From Octopus sinensis (Eukaryota), in assembly GCF_006345805.1 (NCBI RefSeq), contig NC_042999.1, forward strand, positions 70,804,001-70,868,000: a stretch of 64,000 bases of DNA, read 5' to 3'. The notes under the pieces are model-generated. The model saw only the letters and a list, made by a program, of their open reading frames with translations, searched no databases and had not been told where the DNA came from. A program made the position numbers and the translations under genes. Positions 13,001 through 27,552 of this stretch are shown one piece after another; positions within the stretch are counted from its first letter, which is position 1; each line of letters opens with the position of its first letter.

Positions 13001-14529
13001 GCTTGTGTGTGTGTTGCATATATCTAATTGCGAGTTTCATTCTTTATTTTGTTGTATCTGCAATGATATGAAATCCAAAATTCAGCATGCCGTATTTACT
13101 GATGAGTAAATACAAACATGTACACACTGTTATATGAATGCAGACTTAGACTTATACATTATACCCCTAAAATTTGATAACATTGAAGAACATTTCTTGC
13201 AGATACAGTTTTGTGTCATTATAGTGAAATTTATAGGGGAAACAAAAAAAGGAGACGAGATCTAATTTATGTCCTATTTATGTTGTACAGTCTTGCTAAT
13301 TAGGTTTGTTGCCCACTTAATTTCTAACCAGTGTTCTTTGGGCATTTAAAAATTTTTCTCATAAATTTCTTTCTCTTAAAATGTTTGCACCATTTGTATT
13401 GGAATTCATGTGGAGTATTTTTGTTTCAAAATTTAGTAGCAAAATGTGTAACTCTCAATTAAAAAAAAAACAAAAAAAAAACAGCAAAAAAAGCAAAAAC
13501 AAATTAAAACAAAATCAGTTAAAAATATCTTATTTATACTTTAAGAATAATATATGGATTTTAATTGTATGTATTGCAGAGGATTAGTGAGGTTATATCA
13601 TTTTAATTTATTTTTATTGTCAAATTGATAAAACAGATGTTTTTATTAATTATAGTTGTATGTAAAATTATTAAATAGGAAAACTTAAAAAAAAAAAAAA
13701 TAATTATGTTTAACAATATATTGGAATTCAACAATGAAACAAAAGCCAAGATAAAAGCAACAATGACACACACAACATATACATGATAATTCAATTTCTT
13801 TTTGATAATTTTTATTTATTGAAATATCAATTTTATCTGTTTTTTTTCCCTGCAATTTTCAATAATGAAAGCATCTCAGTGTTATTAAAATTTGAAATTG
13901 GAGTTTGTATTTGAATTGAAACTCCTATCTTTCATTTATTGTAAGTTTGTTCAAAGAATGATATTTCAACAGAAACAGAATAACACTGTTACTAAGAATC
14001 AGTGGCAGTAATTAAAAAAATAAAATGAGAATGGAGAAAAAAGAAGGAAGAAAAATAAACCTCAACAAAAAAACAAAACAACAGTACTTTATATTTTAGA
14101 TGACTGTTACAGGGTTGGCTCCTGGTGAGTCAAGATTACCACCCTGTCTTGATACTTGATAATAAAAGCCATTTTAAATTTACTGTTGCTTTTGGACAAG
14201 GCATGTGCATCAGGATATCCCTAATATCTCTTTTGTATACATTTCTTCTTCTTTTTTCCCCATTCTACCTTGTGTAATCAAGCAATTAAATTGTGAATTA
14301 TTTATTCTTGTTTTGCACCCAACTTTTGTCCAATGTGGCAGGTATGAAGAGAATTTGGTAAATCCCGGTACATATCATAAATAGCATGAAATTATATTTT
14401 TTATTTTTTTTTTGCATGTCTTTATATTACCATTATCCCTTTCCCCTCCCAAATTTCCTCACCATTTCTGATATATAAATCTGTCAAGTACATTACTGAA
14501 AATAACCACCTGAAAAACTAAAAAAAAAA

Positions 14530-14720
14530 AAAAACTGACAACAGTGACAGAATTGGGTAAAACATAGGACAAAAAGTCCTGCAGTATTTAAGTAGATCTC
14601 TTTGCATCTGAAACTCAAACCCTGTCAAGTTTGATTTTGCTTTCCATTTTTCTGGCATTGATACAAGTACCAGTTGGGTACTGGAGTTGATTTGACTGTA
14701 CCCTCTCTCCAAATGTGTGG
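14530..14720 (-). mobile_element. SINE family 1 fragment
   Basis: gatacaagtaccagttg...ggccttgtgcctatgatag core and a gagtttcagatgc head remnant; diverged, with mixed orientation of pieces. Confidence 0.5.
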
Positions 14721-14944
14721 CCTTGTGCCTATGATAGTAATAAAAATTATTATTAAAAAAGGGCAGTAGACTAGCAGAAACAGTAGTACTAGACTATGTA
14801 AATACCTCACAGTTTTTAGTTATATTGTATGTTCTGTGTTCAGTTACTGCCAGTTTGTACCAGTCATATTCATGATTTGATTCAGTCAGCTACAAACCTT
14901 TCTTGTGCCAACACCAGAGATTCATATTATTAGAAAAGTGCTAG

Positions 14945-15150
14945 AACTGGTAGATCATCAGCTAAATATCTTTGCATGTCTAGTTCCATCCCTGTTTTGA
15001 GTTCAGATCCTTCTGATGTTGACTTTGTATATCACCCTTTCACAGTCAATAAATAAAGTGCTATCTGGCATGCAGAAGAGTTGATTCATTTGACAATACT
15101 CCTCCAGTGAAACTGTGGTCTTGTGCCAATCTGTGGAATTCATATATCAT
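14945..15150 (+). mobile_element. SINE family 1 copy
   Basis: gagttcagatcc head, gttgactttg...aataaa core, ggtcttgtgccaatc end, (att)n tail. Confidence 0.6.
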
Positions 15151-16571
15151 TATTATTACTCAATATTTAGTAGTGACTTGATAGAATTAAGATGACGACA
15201 ATACAATACACAGAGAACATAACGTAAAATGATTTCTAACTCAAGACATCTATTTTGCATTTGTTACTATAATTTGGTTTTTTAATGTACTAGGATGTAT
15301 TTGATTGAATATACTCTGATCTTTCCATTATTTCTTGATTTTCCTTTCTATCTTTCATTATCTCTCATCATAATTTTCAATATTCATGACTACTATATAC
15401 ATGTATAAAATTTTTCCAGTATACATGTATAAAATTTTATCTTTGGATTTTGTGTACACAACTGTTTGTGTTCTGTTTGAGAGATACTTTTGTGTCCGAA
15501 TAATTTTATGTTGAACGTAAATATAGAAATTCCAACATGGCACATTTTAAAGTTCTCTCCCTACCATCCCTGCTATTCTCACTCTTGTACTCAAATGATT
15601 TTTATTTCTTACAATTCTACAGGCCTTTATAACAGTAATAATTAAAAACAAGCTGCAATACCCCAGTAGACAAAAAACAAACAAAAAACCCCCCAAAAAA
15701 TAACATGCCCACCCCCATAAAAGAAAATATAAATTACACTTTTTAAAAAAAAATTATTCAGAACTATGTGATTTGGTGCTTATTTTAACTCTGACCATAA
15801 CCTATGTTCAAAACAAATGTATAAAAGCAAAATTCTATGTGGACATAAATAAAAGCCCAACAAAACTAAAATTTATTTTCTCTATTAACAAATAGTAGAT
15901 TATGTTTCTAGCTGTTTCTTTCTTTTTATTTTTCAAGTTACAACTTTTTGTATATTTTTCTTTTAACGCTTTCCTTTCTTATTTGGCTTTTTTTTCTTTT
16001 AATGCTTTTTCTATTATAATTTATTATTGTAATTGGCACTGAGGTTTAAGTTGTAAGATGTTTGACTTTGGTGCTTTGTTAGCTTCTCTAATCAACCAAG
16101 TACCATTTCACATCATTGGGTGGTGGACTCAGAAATATGACTTTCTCTACTTAGACAAATGAGTGATGTTTTGTCAGAGAGACTATTTTTGGCAGGTGCC
16201 AGAGTATTGTTACAAGATCTTCAGGTCTTCATTCCATACCTTGGTTTTGATTTCCATTTGTATGTAATCTAATTTGTTAATGACCTTGGGAAAGGCATGA
16301 ACATCACATTTTATCATTTTCTATTCATTATTGCCCATGCCTAATTTGGAAAAAAAAAAAATTAATTTTTTCTTTCTAATTATGTGGAGGTCATTTTATA
16401 ATTGTTGTAGCACTTATTTCTTTTCTTTTCACATTCCTTTGAGGCCATTAATTTACTTTTTGAAACAAACATGCCTGCACACATACATATACAACATATA
16501 TACAACATATATACTTACATACAAACATACATACACCGATTCACACATATTTATATGGACATAAAGACATA

Positions 16572-16618
<47 letters not shown>

Positions 16619-18051
16619 TGCCAACTTTTTAATCCACTGAAAGACAGTAGTGGCAACATCTATCTTTCTCACTTGACTTCTGTGAAGGACAAGCTAATAA
16701 TAATGATAATGTATTGATACTTTTGTATATCCCATGCCAAGTATTCCACTTGGAATTCTTGAAGAAATTAAACAAAAGGACATTTTTTTTTGTTTTTTTT
16801 TTTGAGTGTATGTGGTATATATTTTGCATACCTTGTTGAATGAATCTTAAATAAAAAAAATTACAAATGCTTTATTGAATTGTTTTTTTCCTTACATAAA
16901 TTGTTTTTGTTTTTCTATTTTTTTTACAGTAAAGTACACATAAATGTAATGCTGTATGAAATTTAAGCAATGAATTTATAGTGACTGGGCAGGAACGAAT
17001 TGAATTATGATTTGCTGGATTATATTGACTGTAAAATTGAGGTGTTTGATTATTCCTCATATTGTCATGAGTTCGAGCATTACTAAGAATCATGTTGAAT
17101 TCTTGAATGTGATAACTTAGTGTGTTTCTGGTTCCCTGATGGGTAAAACCAAATTCTGATTCTATTTGATAGTTGAGTTATTATCAACTGGATGTATATC
17201 CTATTGTAAAAATAAGTGGTCCAATTAAAGCTCTTCCCTCTTCCAGTAGTATGGAAAATATTGGGCAAAATGGATGTAGAGAATTAATAACAGGCCCTGC
17301 CATCTAATGACATAGTTATTGCTTCCAATATTTTTCACCTTGAGTTCTTTTCATTACCACAGTTTCCATAGAACCAAGATTTGCTACTCTGCGTTATGCT
17401 TGTGATCTTCAACTTTTCAGAATGCTACTGAAAACAATATTGTTGCCTTGAAATCCACAAAACCTTTAATAATATTTGACACAATTACTTCTCGCTAAGT
17501 CTTGCATTTGTGGGTTCCACCCATCTCTGGTAGTTTACTTAGAAAATTTCTTATCAAGCTATTCTATCACACATTTCGTAATTCTCTCAATCCACATTCT
17601 ATTAACATTAGTGTTGCTCAGTTATACTTCTCATGCCCCTTTCCTACACATTGACCTACTTCCAATTAAATACTGGTAATGTAAAGGCCCTCATCTTTAC
17701 ATATTCACTCATCTACATAAGACAATCTTTATGCAATTCATGGAAATTTTATTCTTCCTACAGTGTTAAACAGTAACTACACATGTGAGGAACTAACCAT
17801 ACTGCATCTTTACATATGAATAGCTATTCACAACTAAAACATTAAAAAACTATATGAATGCTAACTCTCACAATATATATAAAATTCTCAAGAATATCAC
17901 ATATTTGTAACAAACTATGCCTCCTCAGAGACTAAATGTTCTCTTAAGATACAAGTGAACACCATATAGACTACTGCTAAGACATCTAAAGCAGAACAGT
18001 TGCTAAACAACTATTCTAGAATCCTTCTCCATCTCACTCTACCCTCTAAAG

Positions 18052-18380
18052 CAGCGTTCCTCAACCAGGGTTCACCAGAGCCTTATGGTTCTGCAAAAAG
18101 GTTCCTAGGGGTTCCCTTGAGAAAGAGATAAGCTAATGGTAATATTACCATACGTGCGCAACATATTAGTTATTGTAATATAGACATCATCCTGTCAAAC
18201 CTGTTATGTTATTAAAAAAATATGACAACCGTGTATATATATATATATATGATATTTACCACATGAATAATGAAAAAATATGAGAAAGATATGGTATATA
18301 ATATTTTTTGTACAGGGGTTCCTTGAGATATGTAATTTATTTTAAGGGTTATGCAGGGGTAAAAATGTTGAGAAACACTG
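18052..18380. mobile_element. hAT (Charlie-like) MITE
   Basis: TIRs CAGCGTTCCTCAACC and TGTTGAGAAACACTG; perfect 8-bp TSD CTCTAAAG at 18044-18051 and 18381-18388. Confidence 0.9.
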
Positions 18381-19559
18381 CTCTAAAGGCTATCCAACAG
18401 CAAATCACTCCCAGAAATGCTCTCAATACCTTACCTCTGTCTCTTCTATTATTATCTACAGCAATTCATTTGAATTTGCAAGTTGTTTTAATGTAATTAA
18501 CTTGCTACATTTTGTCATCCTATATGTCTTATCTTAATTCCCCCCAAACTGTTATCTTTACGCATGTTTTTTTTCTTGAGTTTCTTTCCTGGCCCTGTTC
18601 CCCCTGTCCTTTAAAGCTATCATTCTGTTCAAATTCAAACTGAGCCTTAACCATGATGTCTGGCAACAAGCTGAAAGAGAAGAGGGATTATTGGGCATAG
18701 CTGTTTGGACACTAACTTTGTTTTAGTGGTACTTTTTTTTTTTATTTGGCAGGCATTTTGATGCTAAAAGCAAATATGCAGTCACATGCATGGATACATG
18801 TAAACAGAGAGAGAAAGGGAGAGATTGAGATGTTACACATACAAAGAGAAACTTTAAAATTGATTGAGAAAATTGATACAGACACATCCTCTCTTCACAT
18901 AGACAAAAAGAAAAAGAAGTGCATGCACAGACAGACTGACAGACAGATGGCTTTGTTAAAATGGAATTATCTCATATATGAAAGCAATAAAAAGTGAAAG
19001 ATAATATTAAAAGCAAAAATGATTACAATGCTGATTTATTGAAAATCAGTTCTTCATTTGGTAATTACGAGCAATGCTCCTCCAGAAGTTGGTTATGTAG
19101 AACAGACAATATTTTCTTGGTATCAAAATGTTTAGGGACAAAATGTTCAATCTAAATAGATTCAATAACTGAATCAGCAAAGCTTAATGAACGGTGTCAG
19201 ATAAGCTACACGAAATCCCTAACCTGCTTGGAAAGGACTGCTAGAGTTATGGGTTTTATCACCTTCCTGGACTAAAATGTTTAAAAAAAAAACGAAAAGT
19301 TTGCTTTGATTGATCATCATCATCATGTCCATCTTTCTGTACTTACATGGGTCAAATAGAAATTGTTGAGGCAGATTTTTTATGGCTTGATACTCTTTCT
19401 GTTACCAATCTTCATGTTTCTAAGCAAGATATTTCCCCATGGTCAAAACCTCTTTTCACAGAAGTTTTGAAATGAATAACACTACTTGTATTATGGTGAT
19501 ACTTGTTCACAACTAATACTCAATATCAAGACAAAGAGATTAAAAAAAAAAAAATCCAA

Positions 19560-21050
19560 ATGTGTGCAGATGGATCATGGTACACTTGCACTTGGTGATT
19601 CTGGAAAGAAAGAGGTATAGAAGTGCTACTATAAAGCTTAGTAAATGTAGAGAATGTATGAGAGAAGAGAATTTTCCCAGCATGGACCCAACAGAGAAAC
19701 CAGCTTTCTTGTTGACAGTATTATGATAAAGCAGTTAAGGATATGATGGCAAAGAAAGCTCCTGGTCATCAGGAATCATTGCTGAAATGCTTAAAATATC
19801 TGGTGGTGTAGGATACGGAATAGTCACTCATATAATTAATCAGGTTGTACAGGGAAAGTGTTATACCTGATGACAGCATTATAGTCAACAGTTACAAGAG
19901 TAAAGGAGATGCCTTAGAAAAAAGTTATTAAAGAGGTATCCAATTGCTGGACCAGGTCATGAAGCTTACAGAATGAGTTATAGCCCAATTAATTAAGAAT
20001 AGGATGAGATGAGATGCAGTTTGGTTTTGTGCCTGTGAGGAATACTACTGATGTTGTCTTTCTGGTAAGACAACTGCAAGAAGAGTATTTAGCTAATCCA
20101 TTATACTTGGTATTTGTTGATGTGGAGAAAGCCTTTCACAGGATCCTTTACTCTGTGTGATCTGATGGTCTTTGAGCAAGCTAGGAGTAGACAGATAGCT
20201 TGTTAGAGACTTACAAGTCATGTCGTGTGGAGTTGTCAGTTGAGTAAGAGTTAACTACAAGTACAGTAACAAATTGAGTGTACAGGTAGGATTTCCAGGT
20301 CTGTAAGCAAAACTTGGAATCAAAGGGCCTTAAATTTAATTTAGCAAAAAACCAAAGTTCTAGTAAGCTGGAAAATACAGGACTCTTACTCCCTTCAGGG
20401 ATACATAGAGAAGGTGTAGGCAGAAATTCCATTAGATGTACCCACTGCAAGAAATGGACATACAAGAGGTGCAGTGAAATCACATGAAGGTTCATGGAAA
20501 CATAGATCTTGTAGCAAATGTACAGGGGCAATATACACTAAGAATGCATGGGGAATAGATTCTCATAAATAAGAAATAGTAGATGGTTTCTGTTATCTAG
20601 GTGACTAATTAGCAATGGAGGATGCTGTTCTGAAATTATAGTTGCTAGAATAAGAATTGGAGAGATACAGTTCAGCAAGTTATCATTTTTGTTTGTAATA
20701 AAAAGACTCTCCTTTAGAGGGAAGGGCACATGGTACAGTGCTTACGTACAAACAGCAATGCTACTTGGTAGAAAGACAGTGGCCTCGAATGCCGAGAATT
20801 TTTGAAGATTAGAAAGGAATGAAGCTATTATGCTCTGATGAATGTTACAACGTTAGTGTGCATGTACAAGAAAGTACAAGTGAGGTGAGAGAAAAGTAGG
20901 GCATAAAAAGACTCAAATGTAGTGTGCAAGAGAGAAGATTGCACTGGTATGATTAAGTGATGTGTATGGATGATGACAGCTGTGTAAAAAAGGACTGATC
21001 ATTTAAAGTAGATGGAATTTATAGAAGAAAGAAGACATGGTACAAAGTAA
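19560..21050 (+). mobile_element. Degenerate RTE-clade LINE (RT and C-terminal region)
   Basis: Remnant RT motifs such as LVFVDVEKAF and LIADFIIL-like blocks shared with the minus copy at 25960-27290; numerous stops. Confidence 0.75.
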
Positions 21051-21684
21051 TGAAGTCTGATCTCTCCATGCCACTAATGATGTCCAAGGGAAAGCCAAAG
21101 TCTGATACAGCTTGGCACCAGTGATGTCACACCTTATTTTTACAGCTGAGTGAACTGGAGCAATGTAAAATAAAGTGTCTTGCTTAAGAACACAGCACAT
21201 AACCTGATCCAGAAATTGAACACAACCTCGCAATCATAAGCCTGGTGCTCTAACCACTGAGTCATGCACCTATACAGTATATAGATTCATAATATAGATA
21301 CATGATCTAGGAACAGACTCAGTTCACTATATCTTTTATCTTATTTTATTACAATAAAACCATGGAGAGAGTAATGTAAGTACTTGGGAAAAAATGTTTG
21401 AATTTTCTGATTAGTGAAGTGTACATACAGTCAAAACAATACAACTGTTTTGAATTAAGATCCTGTTGGAATTGACTTTGTGTTTTCTCTTCTGTGGACA
21501 ATAAGGTAGAATATACAATCATGTTGGGTTCATCAACCATTCTTTTGCCCCTCTCTCTGCACAGTAATAGTTTTGGGCAGTAGATATTTCTGTATGAGGT
21601 ACATCTTTAGAGTAGATTTCTGTATTTGTTGATGTTGTTGTTTAGCACCAGGTCACAGTGAATTAAACAAACCTATGATCACCT

Positions 21685-21685
21685 A

Positions 21686-21725
<40 letters not shown>

Positions 21726-21785
21726 CCTATGCCTGCCTGCCTTCTGTCTGTCTGCCTGTCTGTCTGTTTGCTTCTACCTACCTGT
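21685..21785. repeat. (TCTG)n/(CCTG)n microsatellite
   Basis: Read directly. Confidence 0.9.
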
Positions 21786-21806
21786 CTTTACGTCTATCGT
21801 ATTTTA

Positions 21807-22243
21807 TATGCTTGATATAGATGTTATTTCTGTAAGGAAATCTAACAGCCACAAAGCCACAAAAAAACACTAACAGTCTGTTAAGTGTATGAATAATACA
21901 TACTTCTATGCAGCATCTTATATAATAACCTACTAAAGATGCTTACCATTTCTGAAGGTTGATTGTACTCTTATGGTGTTTCTCTTTAGTTGTTTAGGCA
22001 TGATCAACACTCTCTTGATAGATCTATAATTGAATGTATTTCAACCGTATCCATCCTGTCCTACTTTTAGGCATCATATCTTTGCAACAAGATTATATGG
22101 TGTCCCCCACACCCACTTTTTTAAAAAGATGATAGCATGTAATTTGAGTCAGATTTTTGGCTGTTATCTCTTGCAGATCCAGGGGCCCATTTGTTGGTTC
22201 CTTTGTAAATTATTCTAGTTGTATTTATGTTTGCTTGGATTCT
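21807..22243 (+). repeat. Local duplication, copy 1
   Basis: About 430 bp closely matching 24096-24508, e.g. gcttaccatttctgaaggttgattgtactcttatggtgtttctctttagttgtttaggcatgatcaacac is identical in both. Confidence 0.9.
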
Positions 22244-22467
22244 ATATATCTTAATTAAAATGATATATCTTTTTGTAGTCTTATTTTAATTAAGATATTA
22301 CCTAGTTGTTGATACATCTTTTTTCTGTTCACACCCACCCAAATGTGGGTACCCCTGTCTCACACATGCATGCATGTATGGACAAGAGTATCTTTGTGTG
22401 TATGTGTGTGTGTGTATATTTGTTCCATGTCCTCGGGTTGTTGTGTTTTTTTTTGCACTTTCTTGTT

Positions 22468-22578
<111 letters not shown>

Positions 22579-24095
22579 CATACATGTATATACATTTGTA
22601 TGTGTATTCATTTTTTTTAATTTTAAGAGTTTACTGTTGTTCTGTTTTTTTAAGTGTGTTATAACTGAATAGGTAGTTATCAGATAGGGCCTCAACAAAA
22701 TTTTGAAAGCATTTTTTTGTTCTTTTTCAAAATCTGTAAGAGAAGGAAGTGATGAAGACTTAGCAGGAACATGTTGGGTGAAAAAACCAAATGTAAATAC
22801 ATCATGCATCACCACCACCACCACTCCCGCCGCCGTTGTTGTCATTGTCGTCATCAATAGTTTAATGATGCCATTTACTTGTATTTATGAATGCATATGT
22901 GTGTGTGTGTGTGTGTCTGTTTTGCATTTATGCATATGTGTATGTGTATAAGTACAGTCATCCCTAGGTTTAAATTGTAGGTTAATTCTGTGACTCACTG
23001 TACACATTGAAAATGCATAAATAGTAAATAGTAGGGGGTAGGCTTCAAATTCTATTATCAATGACCTTCCATCATGCATTTAAAATTGTTTTTTTTAATT
23101 TTACAAATTACTACTGAAATTATCTTCACACAGTCTTTTATCTTTTGTCTTTTACATGTTTCAGTCATTAGACTGTAGACATACTGGGGCATCACCTTAG
23201 AGAATTTTTTAGCCTAATGAATTGACCTCAGTACTTTTTAAAAGCCTGGTACTTATTCTATCAGTCTCTTTTTATTTTGATGTTGGTGTTGACGTACTTG
23301 ACTCAATAGGTCTCCTCAAGAACAGCGGGTCACTCTACGATCCAAGGTTAGCACAGCAGGCTGGCCTGCGAGCCATGAACTCACTTCATTTGTCAGGTCT
23401 TCACAGTCACAGCATATCTCAGACGTCTCAGTCTTTGTCATTTCCTCTGTGAGGCCCAACGTATTTTTAATATAACTGTTTATCATAATTTTGTTTCAAA
23501 ATTACAAATTATACCTTCATCTAATATTTGGTTAAATGGTATGATAATGACTAGCAAGAACAGAACTTGAACATAAAGGTTGTACTAAATGGCAGGGATG
23601 TGAAAGAATGTTATCAGTTAGTAATAAAATTTGAAGACAATATTATTTTCCATTGTATATAATTCAACTTCAGGAAATAAGTTTTTTTTTTAGACCAGTT
23701 TTCAAATAATGTAGCAGTTATTCTGAATTTTTCATTTACATACCAATGAATTGGGAAGGTATTTTTACTCAGCTATCTCAGACCAAGTATTAAAAGTACT
23801 CTACTGTAAGTAGGTACGTCTGTCACTGGGTTTGCAGTTCAGCTAATTGGATGGAAAACAAAAAATAAGCACAATTGTGTGTGTATGAGTGTATATTTAT
23901 ATATTTATACATGTTCTTGTGTGTGTGTGTGTGTGTATATATATATGTATATAATACACACACACGTGTAGATGATATATGTATGTGAGTGTATGTGTGT
24001 GTGTGTGTATAAGTGTATATGATAAATTATTTTTATTCCTAGTGTACTTTTGTCGGTTGTCTCATATCATTTTTATCTAATTTGTGGCTGTTCTA

Positions 24096-24508
24096 TGTGC
24101 TTGATGCATATGTTATTTCTGTAAGGAAATCTAACAGCCACAAAAACACTAACAGTCTGTTAAGTGTATGAATAATACATACTTTTAAGCAGCTCTTATA
24201 TAACAACCTACTAAAGGTGCTTACCATTTCTGAAGGTTGATTGTACTCTTATGGTGTTTCTCTTTAGTTGTTTAGGCATGATCAACACTCACTTGATAGA
24301 TCTATAATTGAATGTATTTCAACCGTATCCATCCTGTCCTACATTCAGGCATCATGTATTTGCAACTAGATAATATGCTTCCTCCCTTTTTTTTAAAGAT
24401 GGTAACATTTAATTTGACTTTTGGCTGCTATTTCTTGCAGGTCTCAAGGCCTTACTTATTGGTGGTTTTGTTTATTATTCTGACTGTATTCATGTTTGCT
24501 TGGAAACC
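24096..24508 (+). repeat. Local duplication, copy 2
   Basis: Direct copy of 21807-22243. Confidence 0.9.
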
Positions 24509-24659
24509 TGTTTTTTTTTTTTCAATTAAATTATGTCCTGCTGTTAATGTGCCTTGTTTCTATCCATATACATCTGGGTGCATAAATATATGTGTATTGG
24601 TCTGCTTGTTTTTTTTATATAGATATTTATGTGTGAATATGTGTGTTTGTGAGTGTGTA

Positions 24660-24726
<67 letters not shown>

Positions 24727-24728
<2 letters not shown>

Positions 24729-24935
24729 CTCTCTCTTTCGGAGAGGCACTGAGCAGCTATACGCACATATACACACACGGCAGTAACTTCCACCTACCGA
24801 ATTCAATCACAAAGCTCCTGTCGGCTCGGGGCTATAGTGAAAGACACCTACCCAAAGTGCCACGCAGTGGGACTGAACCCCAAACCATGTAGCTAGGAAG
24901 CAAGCTCCCTAACCACACAGCCATGCCCGCGCCTA
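24727..24935 (-). mobile_element. tRNA-derived SINE, family 2
   Basis: Reverse complement has the head aggcgcgggcatggctgtgtggttagggagcttgc and ggttcagtcccactgcg, as in the copies at 55647 and 60462. Confidence 0.8.
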
Positions 24936-25168
24936 CATATATATATATATTATATGGTCCAGAAAAGAACAAAAAAAAAAACATGAAGATGCGGTGAAAG
25001 AACAACAATCAGAGTGTATTTAGTTTATACTCAGGAAAAATAGAAGTTTTTAATGTTTCAAATTTACGCTCTTCTTCGGAAAGGATAGATGAGGAGAGGA
25101 AAAAAATAGAGAGAAAAATAACATGATTGAATAAAACACACACACACAACACATGCATGCACACACAT

Positions 25169-25201
<33 letters not shown>

Positions 25202-25959
25202 TAATGGCCTTCTTCCATGCTGGCATGGGTTGGATGGTTTGACAAGAGCTAGCAAGCCAGAGACCAGCATCAGGCTCCATTGTCTGCTTTGGTATGGTCT
25301 CTATGGCTGGATGTTCTAACACCAGCCACTTTATAGAGTATACTGGTTTTTATGTGCTTTTTACAAGGCACCAGCATTGGTGCTTTTTACATGGCACCAA
25401 CACCAGTTAGGTCACCAAGTAACTTGCGAGATGAAGACCTCTCACCTAAGAGAGAGAGCGGAATCAAGGGAAGTGGTTTTGTGCCAGATGAGAGGTTAAA
25501 GTATTAGAGGGACAGAAATAGATTTCTTACTATAGAGGAGATACTTGACTACCACCGTCGGAAAAGAAAGAAGAGGAAAGAGAGAGTGAGAGAGAGAGAG
25601 AGAGGTTCAGAGTGAGAGAAGGAAATAAATAGTGTTGGAGATGCATTGGGTCCTATCAATAAGGAACAGTGGTGGGAGTATAAGTGGTACAGAATGGGAT
25701 GCTCTCTGAGAATGTGAGGGGAGATGTTTAGAGATAAAGAATTGATGAGTATAGCAAATTGTGAGAGAAATTGGAGTGGCTGGGATGGGGAGTATAGTAG
25801 ATATGTGGGGGCATGGAGAGTGTATAGATAGGCACATGAGGGGCTTACCACTGGTGGTTATCATGGGTGGAGAGAAGCTGGGTTGTTTGGGAGTTTTGAC
25901 TGAGGACAAATCATGTATATGTGTATGTGAGTGGGGCATGGCTGTAAAGGACATGCCTG

Positions 25960-27290
25960 GATGGCCATGATTTTACTTAGCTTCATGTGTCTTCTCAAGT
26001 ACAGCAAATTGTCAGAAGTTTCAATTCCTTGTCATCTCCCTTGTGAGGTCCAACATCTGAAGATCATTTCTCACCACTTTGTTCCACATCTTCTTGGGTC
26101 TATCTTTTCCACAAATTCCCTTCACAATTAGAGATTGGCACTTCTTTATGCAGCTGTCCTCATCTATATGCATACATTCCTATAGGCATTACATGAACAT
26201 AACAGTGCAGTCTTCTCTCTTGCATACTACATTTGATGCCTCTTAAGCGTTTGCATGTCCTCTGCAGTCATAGCCCATGTTTCACTCCCATGTAGCATAG
26301 CTGACCATACACAGGCATCATACAGTTTTTGTTTCACTTTGAAGGAGAGACCTTTGTTAGCAACAAAGGTAATAGCTCTCTGAACTTTGCCCAGTTCATT
26401 CTTATTCGAGTCACTATGCTTTCAGAGCATCCTCTTCCACTGCTAACTTTGTTGCCTAGGTAATGGAGGCTATCTATTACTTTTAAGGATCCTTTCAAAT
26501 ATTTGAGAAAGTCTATTTCCTGTACATTCTAAGTGTTTATTGTACAAGCACATTTGCCACTTACAAAGACTACTCTCTCTGCTTCCTGTGATATCACTGC
26601 ACCTGTTATGTGTCTATACCTTTCACTGGGTATGCTGCACAGAGTTTCTGTCTATACTTATTCTGCATATTGAGCAGGGCCATCTCCCTGAAGAAATTAT
26701 TTGTCTGCTTTCCTTTTTATCAGGACTTTGCTAAATTAATTCTTAGGCCTTGATTCCAGACCATGCTTCCACACCTGAAATTTCTTCTCTAATTCTAGTA
26801 GAGATTCAGCTATAAGAACAAGATCATCAGCATAGAAGAGCTCCCAATGGCAACCAGCCTTTAATAGCTGCTGATATAGCCTGGAGGTCTATGATAAACA
26901 AGAGGGGTGCTGAGAACCGATCCTTGGTGAATTCTGACCTGTACACTAAATTTGTTACTATACTCATTGCTGATTTCATCATATTGACAGCATCCCTTTA
27001 CATGACTTATACAACTCTCATCAGCCACTCATCTTTCTCTAGCTTCTTCATTGTCCACCAGATAAAGGAGCACAGTAACCTGTCAAAAGCTTCCTCCACG
27101 TTAACAAAAGCCAAGTACAGAGGTTTATATTTTGCAAAATACTTCTCCTGCTGTTGCCTTAACAGGAAGATAGCATCAACACATGCATACATAAATACAT
27201 ACACATTTCAAATTTATGTAGATCGTTTCTCACCACTTTGTTCCACATCTTATGGGTTTATCTTTTCCACAAATTCCCTTCACAATTAGA
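25960..27290 (-). mobile_element. Degenerate RTE-clade LINE
   Basis: ORF 27007-27204(-) QEKYFAKYKPLYLAFVNVEEAFDRL is an RT motif; the rest is homologous to 19560-21050. Confidence 0.8.
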
Positions 27291-27409
27291 GGATAGAAAC
27301 AAAGAAAGCTTTGAAAGTATCTTTTGAGTTTATTCTTTTTTCAAAACTCACTTTGAACATAAATTTATTCAATAACATCTATTTGTAAACAACCCCTCAG
27401 ACACACACA

Positions 27410-27457
<48 letters not shown>

Positions 27458-27552
27458 TAGAAATGGTAAGACAACAAAAGAATGAAAGAGACCTCGATAT
27501 GTAAATAGAGGAATTTATCTGTAAATGTAATATGTGACAATCATTCGGTAGC

